Origin: Cirrosporium novae-zelandiae
Lineage: Eukaryota
Reading direction: 5' to 3'
Assembly: GCA_026023565.1 (NCBI GenBank)
Contig: JAPETS010000017.1
Coordinates: forward strand, 434,001-498,000
Length of the DNA stretch: 64,000 nucleotides
Below, piece by piece: positions 24,201 to 39,176 of this stretch (position 1 is its first letter; every line of letters starts with the position of its first letter). A program made the position numbers and the translations under genes. Below the pieces are notes generated by a model. That model had not been told where the DNA came from, ran no database searches, and worked only from the letters and a program-made list of their open reading frames with translations.

Positions 24201-24462
24201 CCTTCATAGGATATGTTAGGCGAAAAGAGTTTATTCGAATGTAGACGGAAGACTTGACAGTCAAGTATTTGTCTTCCTTCTGAGGCTTGTAGATGCCATT
24301 ATTATCCACTAAACCTCTAAGCTCATGAGTCATTTGAGGCAAGATACTTCTCTTTGCATCTCGAGGGCCTCCTTGAGCCGCGGGTTTGTTCATTCCAGCA
24401 GAAGGATTTACTGCAGGTGGCTTAATTAGCATCAACTTTTGTTTGGCAAGTTCTCCGTCCAT
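21235..24462 (-). CDS. Argonaute (QDE-2/SMS-2-like; N-DUF1785-PAZ-MID-PIWI), interrupted by one in-frame TAA at 23568-23566
   Basis: PAZ (ITVLEYF..LPTVNIG..WIPAEFLTI.PNQ), MID (YAFAKRVAD..GVHTV, KANAKLGGINH) and PIWI (MIVGADVSH, YRDGVADSQ, FYLQSH..GTAIPAHY, RATKAVSYATPAYMADLMC, MFYL-stop). Introns 23142-23096, 22261-22208 (GC-AG) and 21754-21553. Functional status is uncertain because of the stop codon. Confidence 0.9.
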
Positions 24463-27400
24463 TATGAAGATGTGCTCCAGGTGTCCAAGTAAATAAGGTC
24501 TCAAGTTTGGTAACTTGATCTTTTGATTGAAAAACTGAGTAAAGGGTATCTGAAAATAAATGAATATCGAGACTTGATAACTTGAAAGCCTTCTTAAGAT
24601 AACCTGGAAGAGAGTATCTATTTTATGCTGGAGGGCAGAAGAATAAAAAAGGTAAAGGAAAAAACAGAGAGGGGGTAAGGAAGAGGCAAGGAAGAAATAA
24701 GAAGAGACAAAGGGAGATAGGTATTAGAGCTCCAAAAAGTAAATGATGATTCCACCGTTCGAATTATTGGAAGAGTTGAGCTTGAAGCATGAAATCTCAA
24801 TGCTTAGAGATGTGCTGTTTCTCTAGTGACAAGATGGCAGTTGATTAGGCTCCACTGGTGTTTTTTGATTGCCTAGTTTAGGATATAGATATTTTAATCA
24901 GAGTTAGATGGTCATGAATATCAATATATGAGATGTATTTAGGTGAATGGCTAAAGGGTGAGTGAATATAACTGAAGGTGTTTGTAGTTAGGGAAAAGGA
25001 GGTTTGGATAAAATAGCTCGGAAATTTAGGCTCATTAACCGAGATACTAGACCTATTTGGGATTCAACGCTTCACATCCAAGATATCATAAAATATCTAT
25101 AAATAATAGCTTGCATGTATACTTCGCTCTTAGACTGTAGGCCGCGATTTGCTTTCTACTACACCATATCAACCGCAGGGTGTTGCTATCCCCAAGATAC
25201 GAAATTAATAGTATCTCAAGTATTCAAGTCCTTTAAATGCATTGATTCATTACTTATCGGACATTGTTCTTATCCCATTCGCTCCATTTGTCTCTTATAA
25301 CCCAACCTCAGATTATCAGAGGCTCCTATAGTCCACACGCGCACGTTGATAGCATCAAAGCCCAGTTTCTTACTGAAACTCCATTTAGAAACAGCATAAG
25401 TTCCTCCGGCAACAAAAATTCCCCGAGATTTCGGCCTCGGTGAATTAGAGTGCATCCAGAAATACTGCAGATGTCACAACTATAACCTAAGCTATCGGCT
25501 ATTCAGACATAGTTAAGGACAGTACTAAGAACAGCGACAGTCAGAGTACCAATTACACATCGAATCAATGCTCTTAATACCGGTGCTGAAATCATTGTTA
25601 AATATTCGTCAAAGTTATAGTACGTACCCTTCGGATTATTTATCAGGGTCAATTTTCCGACTCTTGTGACCAGATCTGATCCCCAGTCAAAAAGAGCTCT
25701 CATCATGAGTGATAGACCTTGCATCCTCGAGTCGGTTTCCCAGAGCCATTCGATTTCGGCCAGCTAGTTGCGGAGGACTCAATGCATAGTAATTGCACCC
25801 ATGTAGCTCATTTAATGTGTTGAATATATACCCCTAGGTCTCAGAGGTTTAAGAATGGAAAACACGTCATTCCATAAGCTGTATGGGTTTCTTCCAGCTT
25901 CTCGAAGACTTACTTGCCTTCGTCTTGGATTCTTGTCTCTATGGTAATTGAGTGTATACTGGATAGCAGTCTTCAATTGCGGCTTTTGTATTGAAAGCCA
26001 GAAAACTTCAAACTTCACAGCATTATGAGTAGTTAAGTTCGAGCAAAGGAGGATGGAATTTCCATAGTGATGTCTGTGACGTAAAGATCCTTGTTTCTAA
26101 ACCAAACCAAAGGAAGTATTCTTTAATTTGTCAAAGATCTTTCAACCCCTCCCCCCAGTTATTTATCACATTCTCTATAATCAGATGATTCAGCGTTCTA
26201 CTCTTGCACTGGCTCGCTGGAAATATAAGCCCAATTGCTGACGTCGTTACGGACCATAATTCGGGAGCCAATGGATCTGTCCAACCGGAGGGGGTTAGTT
26301 GCCATTAGGATAGGTTTACTATATATTCGAGATGATGACGAGAGATAGTCCAAGTTTCTCGAAATATATAAATAGGCCAGCTAAATGGTGAAGCACGCGG
26401 AAATTCTAGCCTATAAAATAAAGGAGATATTCACAATTAGCTACCTGGGTGTGTACCCCGCCCGCTAACAAAGACTTGCGTTTCCCCAAGGTGGATTCGA
26501 CTATAACTGTAGATCTCATGGCTGTGTTCCTTCGCAACAAGCAGCTAGCTAGCACATGGAAATGATCAGCAGATAATCAACGACGTGTTCGCTATAACTA
26601 GACAGTCTTAATCGGAGGAAAAAATTTTCATCAAACCTGTTGAATCTTCGGTCATGCAAAATTGAATTGTTTGTGGGTACAGTTGAAATTTTTGAGCTAA
26701 AATTAATATCGAAAGATTTAGGAGTTACCCCATGTTAATCATATCTTTGTCATGCCTGCCGTCATCCCCTATGTCTCTACTAACATACGTAGTGGGCAAG
26801 ATAACCTATAAACTCCTAGCACGTTGTACTAGTCATAGCCTGTATGATATCCTGGTGATCTGCTTTACGGGTTGACAATTTGAGGGTTTAAGGGTGTTAG
26901 GCAGCTTGGTGGTTCGTATCTTACATTGTATGTATAGATAGACTGTGCCTATAAATTCCAAAAGGTGTTAGAGGATACTAGGAAACTCATAATGCCCTTG
27001 TGAAGTAATAACAATTAGGTTCATATATAGAATAATTGATAAGAGTTTATTACGATGCGTGTAATGTATAGAGCAGCGTTTAGATAGAACAGACAGACCT
27101 TGAGGCAATATGTAATTATTTTGAGAAATGTCAACCTTTCATCGATGTTCATTTTTAGTTTCGTGTATGTCTTCAACAGCTTCAACTATTTTATTGAGTT
27201 CCGCCTACAAAACCTACCCCAAAGATTAATAACTCGTCAATATCTCCGCTCTTAAGAAATCCTTTTGATAATACATCTTCCAATCACATCATTCAACGCC
27301 AACATTGAATTTGATATGTAATAGCTTTTATTCGATCTTTGCTCTCGCAAAGAGATCTACCTATATCACCCAAACACATCAATTTGGCACCTAGAAGAAG

Positions 27401-27468
27401 TTTCCTAGTCCATATATCGCTTGTACATACCCTTATTACTTTTCCTGTTTTCATAGTTTCGCCATTAG

Positions 27469-28885
<1,417 letters not shown>

Positions 28886-30375
28886 TTTGATTGATTTATG
28901 AGATTTGCAGGTTCAAGAAGGATACCAAAATGATAGAGAAAACAGAAGAGATGAAAATATGTAGGTATTCTATCATCAAGGTACGAGGTGCCACGAGCGA
29001 TGTAATATGTGCTTGAAATGAAGTGGGGCAAACATCATCGAGGGGAAAAGCAAACTCCGTCAGAGAGGGGCTTCTCGGACTTTGGTACGGACTAAATGAC
29101 AGCCGAATTTTTACTCTTTTGGTTTGCCTGGATCATCATTCTGGGACGTCGGATAATTAGAAATCTTATTGCTTACCTACTGTAACTATTTTCCATTTTC
29201 GCAAAGATCAAGGCTATAAACTTTGAGCGTTTTGTAGCAGCTTCGAGATATGGTAGTCCTCCCCGTCGGCCTCCCCACATATTTAAGGGAAATCTTAATC
29301 TTTCCCGGCCAAAAAGTCCGGATTATCCAGGATGTCGATTTTGTCGTTTGTAAGCCTAGAGATAGGGATTGCATGAGATTGTAACGGTGGAGTCTTGGGT
29401 CAAACCCTGTACCTAATGCTTTTATATAAGGCGCCGTGGGCGCCCAACTAAGATCTCCCTTACCAACAAGATCTATCTATCATTATAAGCATGAAATAGT
29501 CTGAGATATCCTGCAAAATGTGGTCGTAACGTTCAAGACTAAGGGTGGAACCAAAAGTGACGCTACAGTGTGTACCTACACATTACACCTTAAGGGAGCG
29601 TTTAATCAAAACTGATTTTATTTTAAGGCTTCTTTGGTTCCATCCTCGAGCTGCCACGTCCTGGTAATACTAGAGATCTAAATCTCATAGCAACCTATTG
29701 AAGGATGGGCAGAAAAATATAAATATAAATTTGCCGATTTTAGGCCTATGCGATGCAATTAGCAACGATTCCATACTAAAACATAGAGTGGATAACGAAG
29801 GTAGAAGTGCAATATTCTCAAAGGGTCAATCCCGCTCCAGGACCGAAAGACAGAATGCAATGATCCATTTCGTGATATATAGCAAAGAGCATTAGACATA
29901 TGGTCATCGTTATTCGTCCCAAAGGAGCTGCAATGAAAGAAGCCAAGGCCCCTTTGCGATGATTTGCCCCATAGCAAGGAGCCTGTCTGCCCCTAGGATC
30001 AAAATTGATGCCTTGAAACTCAATGGATTATTGTCAACGCAAATTATCCACGCTTTTCTAGCTCTCGGCCTAGCTCTTAATCCTATTGTACAGTACATTG
30101 AAGCGCCTATATCCGCAGTTTATCGTGAATAGTTGCCGATCAACTAGACAAGAAGCTCGCTGAACTTGACATTTTGAAATCATGTCGCTACCTGGACGAC
30201 TTCGTCTTTGCAAATGATGAGATGGCAAGGTAAATAGTCCCAGCAACCCCCAAACCAAACGATAAAGCTATAAAAATGCCGATCCAAGGAAGGGTCATGG
30301 TGAACGCCTTGAGCTTGCTGCCAAATTTGACGATTCTATCATGATCCGACGTGAAACAATAGTCATAGTCCATTT

Positions 30376-30825
30376 CTACCTTCCTGGAAGCTGCCCAGAC
30401 TGCATGATGGCGGCATTTATTTCCTGGAATCTCTGTGTTAGACGTTCTTGGCTTTTCAAGCTCTTATCATAGCATCGCATAACACAGCCTTCTTCTCTTG
30501 ACTGAAGGGACTTGCTCGAGAAATCATTCACGCAATCGCCGAAGCATTTGGAGACCATCTGGTTATATGCCTATGATCAGAGCTCATGTCAGTATTAGGA
30601 AGCTGACAGCAGTGAACAGGAAGCGGAAGCTCGGCATGTAATTAAGAAAAGGAATAGACAAAGGTAAAAGCTACATACAGTCATAATCAACTTCATTGAC
30701 TTCTCAGTCATTCGTTTCTCCAAAGCATTTTGTTCAGTGGGATTAAGACTAAAACCATATTTCATCAGCACTCTATTTTCGATCAAGGTTAGCAGACAAG
30801 GAACAGTGGCAGCTTACCCATCCAT
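30376..30825 (-). CDS. TIM9: Mitochondrial intermembrane-space small Tim chaperone Tim9
   Basis: Exons 30825-30818, 30748-30679 and 30570-30376 give [16 protein letters not shown]...[45 protein letters not shown], with the twin CX3C motif. Confidence 0.9.
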
Positions 30826-31254
30826 TTTGAAATACGGTGTGAGAATATTAAAGGTCTTAGAGGAGCAGAGATTTCTCTTTCAACCAAATAGATGTTTGAA
30901 TGAAGAGGATTTGGAATTGACTGGATAAGTTGAGTCAAAGTCTAAGGGAAGAAAAGCCGGGGGGTGGTGGATCTTGACCTCCGAGAATGACGCTAGGATG
31001 GCTACACGCCAAACAGTACCTTTGAAAGGCCTGCAGAATAAGGGACAGCAAGGCAATATCAGCAAGTACTTAGTTACTGTGTGGTAATTAATCCCAGAAA
31101 TAATTACCAAAAATAGATTTAAAATATATATATGGATGGATATATATATCTATATAATTACATGTATTAATTTCTATATTTTGAAACGGGGAATTTGATT
31201 CAGTACTATGTTCATACAAGTAGAAAGAGAGAGGCAGAGGAAGATAGAGAGGAC

Positions 31255-31258
<4 letters not shown>

Positions 31259-31291
<33 letters not shown>
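31259..31291 (+). repeat. (AG)n microsatellite
   Basis: Direct reading. Similar (TC)/(AG) tracts occur near 20307-20335 and 57211-57237. Confidence 0.9.
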
Positions 31292-31296
<5 letters not shown>

Positions 31297-32207
31297 AGAC
31301 TTGATGACGGAGGCTTTATGCCATGTGTGTGCCATGATCCCCATGATACCACGATGCTTCTTGGACTTGAACTCAGGTACAAGGTACGCAGACTCCGGGC
31401 AACCTCTCTCGCCAACCTAAAAAGTTCTAAACATGGTCGGCCTCTATTTGCGAGGTTACGCTATGTGTTAAAGAGCCGCCAATCAACAACCCCAGTGGAG
31501 AAAGCCAGAAAAGAGGGTGAACACCCGCCTAATTGTGGCATACCCTCCATCCACTTTCGCATTACTTCCTCTCTTTCAACAGCCCGTTTTTTAAGCACAA
31601 CTAAATCATGGTATACAAAGGCTCTATCAAGAGCATTTGAATATTTCACTGCTTTGGTCCTTGCTCATCACATTCTTTTGGGGTGGAAGACTGGCGCACA
31701 CCTCGGTCTTGTCCACTTACCTTTACGCTCGTACGATCGCTCCTCCAGTGCTGCAAGTGCGCTCACTACACATCCTCACATCCCTCAACCCATTATCCTA
31801 TATATCACCCAATAACTTATCCAAACACTACTAGTCATCGCTTGAAAACTGTTTGGCCTTGTTCCTAACAGTTCCTTCGGTCGCAAGCACTGCTTTTCGT
31901 CCAGTCGCGTTTAGTTCAAAACCCTCAAAAACCTTCCTCGTCACTTCTCCGACTTCCCTTCCTACGTATATCGCAACCGCGCATGAATAAACCATTCCCC
32001 ATCCTTAAACATTCAAGAAGAGAAAACCATTGTACATTTCTTGGATACTTGGGCGCTTTCACAGTTCTACATTCATATTTAGAAACACCGCCTACCTCGA
32101 GGATTTTGAGTGACGAGGCTGCTCTCAAAGGCGTTTACTTTGTACACCCGCTTGACAACACTTGATACCACGCCAACCCGTATTAGCTCGTATGCAGCGC
32201 AACAGCC

Positions 32208-34926
32208 ATGGCCTCAACTCCAAACACAAATTCAACAGGTGGCGGTCAACACCCGCTGCCGCCTCACTATACGCACCACGCACCGGCTGCAAGTACCGCC
32301 TCGACACAGAATGCCTCAAGCTCAAACATCAAACGCGATTTAGTAACTTGGTGGAAACAGTTCACGAAAACTACAAAGAAAGAAGATGAGAAAAGTAAGT
32401 ATTTCCTTTTCCCGCTTATTAGATCCTGGTTATTTTATATTGTATGTACTTGTTGCCGGGGCTAGAAATAGCACTCCTTCGTTGCTTGCTCAGGCCAAAT
32501 TCCCAGTAATTATTTTCAGCAGGACTTGTTTAACAATCTTGTTGAAGTAGAAAAGACGGGAAGTATTTTGTGTTTGCTGACTGATCTTATTAGTTAATCC
32601 TACTGGTATTTTTGGTGTCCCACTTCAGGACAGCATACAATATGCGAATGTTGCCATCTCTCTAGTAAATGAAGATGGCCGGCCCTACGTTTATGGATAT
32701 GTCCCAATTGTTGTTGCCAAATGTGGAGTGTTCCTGAAAGAAAGAGGTCCGTTTAATCGTAAACAACTGACATGACTAAACCCTAATATATTGATAGCCA
32801 CGGACGTTCAGGGCATCTTTCGCCTTAGTGGGTCTTCCAAACGTATTAAAGATCTTCAAATCATTTTCGATTCCCCTGATCGTTACGGTAAAGGCCTTGA
32901 TTGGGATGGCTATACTGTACATGATGCGGCAGCAATTCTGAGGCGCTATCTGAATCAGCTGCCTGAACCTATTATTCCTCTGGACTTCTATGATAAATTT
33001 CGAGAACCACTCAAGAGTCACCAAAAACAGGCTGTAGGGAATCTTGAAGCGCCAATAGACGATATCGGTGATTTTGATCGGGACAAAGCTGTATTCACAT
33101 ACCAAAGACTTATCCAGGAAGTCCCCGGATTTAATCGACAGCTCTTGCTGTATATTTTGGATCTTTTAGCCGTCTTCGCTTCGAAGTCAGATCAGAACCT
33201 CATGAATGCTGCAAACCTTTCTGCAATATTTCAACCTGGTATACTATCCCATCCAGATCATGATATGGCACCCGAAGAATATAGACTCAGTCAGGATGTA
33301 TTGATATTCCTTATCGAGAACCAGGACAACTTCATTGTTGGGATGCCAGGAACCGCCGCAGATGAGAAAACCATCAAAGATATTGAGAGTGGTCCTCCCC
33401 CCAACACAACACCTCCAGATGGCAGCTCCCCTCGTGGAACTCTGGGGCGTTCGGGATCAACAGGGAGTGGGGCAGCAGAAGGTAGTTCCGCTCTTGGACG
33501 TCTTCGAAGAAATGTTTCAGTATCATCCAAAGGCTCAAATAACGTACCTAGTCCAAGGACTCCCTCTTCCGGCATCCCCTTTGCAAGCAGTAATGTGGGT
33601 GTCCATCGAAGTAACACCGTTCCCTCAAAAAAGTCTCCAGCCCTGTCCTCGACGAGATTCACTAGACCATCAGATCCTCCTACTCCCAACTCGCCTGGTG
33701 CCGCGCTTCAGTCCATAGTCATGTCTACAGGCCACTCAACACCTAATATAACCCCCTGCGAGAAAATCGTGGCTCCCACACCACCAGCTGAGATTCAATC
33801 CAAGCCAATTTCCCCCGCTACTCTCCACAAAGATCCACCAGAGAGTCGAACCCCAACCACTAGTGTAAAGAACTTAGGTATTCCAGCTGCTGTTCCTGCA
33901 ATACTCCCGAGCCACTCCGCATCTGGAACTCCAAATAAGGAACGTAAGCTTTCTAGTCTGTTCAACAAATCACCTACAAGCGACAACGAGTCAAAAGAAA
34001 AACGAGAGCCAAATAAACTTCGAAAGAGACGTCTTCCTGGCAGTGCAAATGTTAGTGCTCAGAGTTCCACCCACTCCCTACAAAACCCCGACTCGCCACT
34101 TTCTCCTACCTTCCATACGCCAATGGCTACTCCGGGGGTCGGGACTCAAGTACATAATGATCCATTGTTAACTCAAGCAGCTCCAAGAGAGGATGTTGTT
34201 AACTCACCGCCGAGTTCGCCTCCAACGAAGAACGGCCAACAGGAAATGACCAAGAAACTCGAACAGTCTCGCTCGTCATTAGACCCTAATTCTCTTAAGC
34301 CAACCATGTCACCGACAAATTCTACCCGCTCTCGTACTTCTTTTACGGACCAATCTGACCTTGATCAACTCGACGATACTCTTGCAGGGAAACGAAAGAA
34401 GAAGAAACAATGGCGCTTTTCCTCCTCGCACAAGAGCAGTCAAACCCCAACACCTTCTGCTTCAAGTTCTAAAATGGCTTCTAATGCAAACGCAACTACA
34501 AGCATGAGTTCCGTTGGTAGTACTAGTCAACCTCGAAAGAGCTTCACAAATGAGTCTCAGCACCATGGAAGCGAACCTTCTACCAGTGGCTTCGCTGCTA
34601 CCATTCCTAGCTCTAGTCTCGAATCATTAACTGCTAAGGAAGGCTCCGATTCCGAGAATAAAAAGGGGCCATTTGGATGGTTTAAGGCCAAAGTCGCGCA
34701 AAGAAAAGAAGATCTCAATGAACGTAAGGCTGAGAAGGACCGTGCCAGAAGTCCATTCCGTGAGAATGCCACTGATCCTTCCATTTCCCGTCACAGCCTC
34801 ACTGCCTTGATGCAAAGACGTGGGAAGTCAATGGATTTGACTCGAGATGAAGAAGGTAAAAAGGCAGAACGTACACCAGCCCCAATGTCAGATCCTGGTG
34901 ATGCAGAGCTTGAGCCGGCGATATGA
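32208..34926 (+). CDS. Rho GTPase-activating protein (Sac7/Bag7-like)
   Basis: GIFGVPL..SIQYANVAISL, YGYVPIVVAKCGVFLKE, GIFRLSGS (arginine finger), YTVHDAA and NLMNAANLSAIFQPG, followed by a long S/P-rich tail. Introns 32395-32593 and 32747-32797. Confidence 0.92.
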
Positions 34927-35541
34927 AACACATCAACAACTTCTTAGACGCATACATTCGATGTCTGTTATGCCATTCAAGCGTTCTTTTGGGAGTTAGC
35001 CAGGGTCATTGGGATACCCCGATCAAATGATCTGTGTGATCAGACTGTCGTTTCTGCTCCTCTGTGTACGATGTTTGGACGAGTGCTTTTTTTTCATTTT
35101 TTTTTTTCATTGTTCTTCCGTGTGTCTTTTTTAAGGAAATGAGTCTACGATGAGAATAGCATGTGACGTTCACGACGACCGGATGGAGCAATGAAGGGAC
35201 TCTTTTGATGGGGCGAAAAATTGGGCAAGGCTATGGAGAGGGTAAAGGAACTATGGGATTTAGGGTGCGCAACCAGGAACTCTTCACGGGCATGATGATG
35301 TATTGCAGTAGCGGATGAAGTACAAGTATTCATAAGTACAAGATGAAGTTGGACCTAAACTTGGTTAGATGGTGTTCATTGTAGAAGAGGGAGATATGGA
35401 ATTGTCCCGTCCAATGCACAACCGAATCGATATATAATGAATGTATTATCCCATGGTTCACAATAAGGATGTTGAGTGGGGTTTGATTGTATATGAAAGA
35501 GGCAATTGATGGTATGTTATAAAGTAATTATAGTATGAATC

Positions 35542-35595
35542 GTATGAAGAGTATGAAGAGTATGAAGAGTATGAAGAGTATGAAGAGTATGAAGA
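35542..35595 (+). repeat. 9-bp tandem repeat (GTATGAAGA)x6
   Basis: Six perfect consecutive copies read directly from the sequence. Confidence 0.95.
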
Positions 35596-35972
35596 TGACT
35601 TGAATTAGAAAGTAACAATGTTTTCCAGAAAGCTTTAGAAAGAAATTTGCAAGACCAAAGGGAAGAGATAGAAAGGATTAGCTAAGGCACAGTAAGCACA
35701 CGGAAAGATAATTTCATTAGTTGTAGTCTAAGTTGTAACATCTGAGGGGGTTCGGATGTACCCAAAGCCCGAACCTCGGCGGGCGGGGACCCTCAGATTT
35801 TATTACCATTCTCGATAAATAAATATTACTAACCACTTCCTTCGACTGTATAACTTACTTAGCAACTCTCTTCTTGTTTTATATCCGTATATTATTGCTA
35901 TCAGTGTCTTCCAATTTCAATCTGCAACGGTGCTATCTCATCTCAATTGTTCCATCCTTGTCATCATCAACA

Positions 35973-37238
35973 ATGCCGATGATGCCTGAGCCAATTTACT
36001 CCTCTAATCTACTCTCCTCCACAACCATGACCTCCTCTTCCTCCTCCACGAATTCTCTCCTCGATATTCAAGATGGGTCATCTGCCACCGACAGTGTCTC
36101 CAATACTGCTGGCACCAGCACGCCGCCCTCAAGTACATCCTATGACTCCCTCAGCCTTCCCGCCTCCCTCATATCCCCACAAATTACGCCCCCCTCCACA
36201 CCTGGTGGCACTTTTCGCACCTCGACTCCGCTACCCATTCCTATAGCGCATACTACACCTCTCCCTCCCGCCCACAACCTCCTCCCCAAGCTACCCAAAG
36301 TCGACTGCATCGTTCGCGCTCGCATTCCTACCACTGATGGCGCAGAGATGTTCCTGCATTTATATCGCGACAACGTGGATAGCAAGGAACACCTAGCAAT
36401 TGTATTCGGATCACACATTAGAAGTCGAAGTTTAGATGCTGTGAGGCCTGGGGAAACCGAAATGGACAGGATGATCCGGGGTGCATATATAGGGAGGTTA
36501 AGACCAGGCCGAACAAGCAGCCGGATCGATGACACACAGGAACCAAAGGTCAAATCCTCGCAAAATCAGCCTGAATCACAATCGCAGCAGCAGAAATCTC
36601 AAAAAACCAATCTACAGGCCTCCTCGGATGCATTTCCCTCCGACGAACCCCCGCCCCTAGTTCGCATTCACTCGGAATGTTACACGGGCGAAACAGCCTG
36701 GTCTGCCCGCTGCGATTGCGGCGAACAGCTCGACGAAGCTGCACACCTAATGGCCCACCCATCGTCTTTAAACCCATATTCATCGGGAGTGATAATCTAC
36801 CTGCGGCAGGAAGGACGAGGGATCGGCCTTTCCGAAAAGCTAAAAGCATATAATCTCCAAGACCTAGGAAGCGATACTGTAGAAGCGAATCTAATCCTAA
36901 GGCATCCAGCGGATGCAAGGAGCTATGGGCTAGCGACTAGCATGTTGGTGGATTTGGGTTTGGGGGGTGAGAAGGGAATTAGGTTGTTGACGAATAACCC
37001 GGAGAAAGTGAGAGCGGTAGAGGGACCAGGTAGGGAGGTGGTGGTCAAGGAGAGGGTCCCGATGGTGCCTCTAGCTTGGAGGACAAATGGAAAGCGGGGT
37101 GTTCATGGGAGGGAACTGGAAGAGTACTTGAGAACCAAGGTGAGTGCAGCTAATCTTATGAACTCGCTAAAACCATAAGAAACTATATTCGCTAATCAGT
37201 ATGCATTACAGATTGGGAAGATGGGCCACATATTATGA
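35973..37238 (+). CDS. RIB1: GTP cyclohydrolase II (riboflavin biosynthesis)
   Basis: [41 protein letters not shown] (zinc ligands), [30 protein letters not shown] and [13 protein letters not shown]. Intron 37140-37211. The start codon choice is approximate. Confidence 0.93.
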
Positions 37239-38460
37239 TGATAATAATTCATTTTATTATCCATATATCACCCTTGGACTATGACTGACGGACATGGGCC
37301 ACATCCTATAAACCAGCTCAGCTTTCCTCGAACCTATCACTCGATACTCTCGAATCATGACTATACCAAGACATCTTCCCCATATCCAGCCAATATACAA
37401 CCTACCACCCACTTATCAAAATCCACCACCAACACCTCCTACCATCCATCTTATATAGGACTAACCAAATCAAACTCAACAATACCAAAATCATCTAGAG
37501 CCCAGACAAATCACCTCCTTCAGACGGGGCACCTCCCAACCACGCTCACTACCACCAGCCAATCAACCAACAACCAAACCAGCAAATGCCATAATTTACT
37601 TATGTATGTATATATGTAGCTTAGGTTACGCCTTTGTCATCCAATCCATCTAAGATTTTGGTTTTGAGGGAACAAATATACAATGATATACATCCACATA
37701 TACATAGATCCATACGAATATACCAATTTCCACATCACAGACACACAAAGAGAAAAGGAGAAAAAGAGAAGAAAGTCCCCTCAAAAAATTAGAGTCTTTT
37801 TAATTAGATTTGATAATATAGAAAATTAGAAATAGGAAGAAAAAGAGAAGAAGTCCTGGAAGCTGGCGTGCGCTATAATATTTATATATATATATATCTC
37901 TCTCTTATATTTCTATTTCTGAGTTCACTCACTTCACTATTCACTAAGCCTAGACCTAACCCATATTATAAGATATAAAAGGCTTGGTTAGGAACACTTA
38001 CTCTGTTCTACTATCGATACATCTCTCTCTCTCTTTTTTTAAAAAAAAACTGGTAGTAGTAGTATTACTAATCCCGTAGTCCGTAGCCCTTGTAAGTTGG
38101 CTGGTTGATTGATGTTGATTCGATTTCTTATGACCTATAGCCTAGCACGTGCCTAGGTAGTTAGCTAGGGAGATATACTAGTACAATACCTCTACCTCTA
38201 TGGAAATGGAAATGGAAACGGAAATGGGATTTATAGATATGTATGGATGGATGTATGAAGGGTAGGGAGAGGGGAGGATAGGAAAGGTAAGTAGTGTCAG
38301 GTAGGGGGAGGGGATGGATGATGGCCTTAGGAATTACCGTACAAGTTCTATTGTGAGGAGTCAATTGGTTCGCTACATCTATTTATTTATATTTTCACCG
38401 GGGGCCAAATAAACAAATAGATAAAGAAAGAGACAAAGATAAAGGGATCATTATCCCTTA

Positions 38461-38530
38461 TTCTTTATTCTTTATATTCTTTCTTTATTCTTTATATTCT
38501 TTCTTTATTCTTTATATTCTTTCTTTATTC
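38461..38530 (+). repeat. 20-bp tandem repeat (TTCTTTATTCTTTATATTCT)x3.5
   Basis: Direct reading of the sequence. Confidence 0.9.
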
Positions 38531-38792
38531 CCCCTTTGTGCGTGCCGACTGGTAAGTAGATTTTTAGTTTTGGTTTTGGTTTCAATTAATCATAACAATT
38601 CAAGTCAATGCAAAAAAGAAAAAAAGCTTCCCTTTATTTAATTAATACATAGTAATTATAGCAAGGTGATTATAGGTTTGCGGACTAGACTAGGCTAAGT
38701 AGGTAGGTCTATTAGGTCTATTAGGTTCAACTTGGGTTGGGTTGGGTTGGGATTTGATCACATCCCATCACATCAAATGTGGGGTTTTTCGA

Positions 38793-38846
38793 TAGAATAG
38801 TTAGAATAGTTAGAATAGTTAGAATAGTTAGAATAGTTAGAATAGT
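38793..38846 (+). repeat. 9-bp tandem repeat (TAGAATAGT)x6
   Basis: Direct reading of the sequence. Confidence 0.9.
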
Positions 38847-39176
38847 TGTTGTTGATGATGGTCTTGCTTGATCGGGTAACTATAACTTATAGTTAGCAAG
38901 AAACATTCATGTAAAATGAGAATCTAGTTAGTTAACTCGAGAGAGATATTAGACCGGAAGAAAGATAAGGGAAAAGTGAAGTGAAAGTCTTTTCAAGACA
39001 AAAAAAAAAGGCTTCGAATTTTGAATTATAAAATTATTAGAATTCACCGTTAAAGTAGACTTTTATGATTTAAAATCCCGAGAGAAAAAAAGAAGAAAAA
39101 AACGCTCAATAAAATACCCTTTTTTCTACACCAATTAAATACAACGGATATATAACAATATCTCACAATGACCTAC

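Noticed and set aside
24800..27300. Long AT-rich stretch upstream of Argonaute as a possible RIP-decayed transposon
   Set aside because: No terminal repeats and no transposase or reverse-transcriptase remnants were recognised; RIP indices would need to be computed.
31195..31815. 206-aa ORF with an ER repeat
   Set aside because: The repeat comes from an (AG)n microsatellite in the TIM9/RhoGAP divergent promoter region, the start is non-ATG, and there are no protein-like features.
35542..38846. Tandem repeats as a possible CRISPR array or telomeric seed
   Set aside because: They are short head-to-tail units with no spacers and no TTAGGG, in a eukaryotic context.
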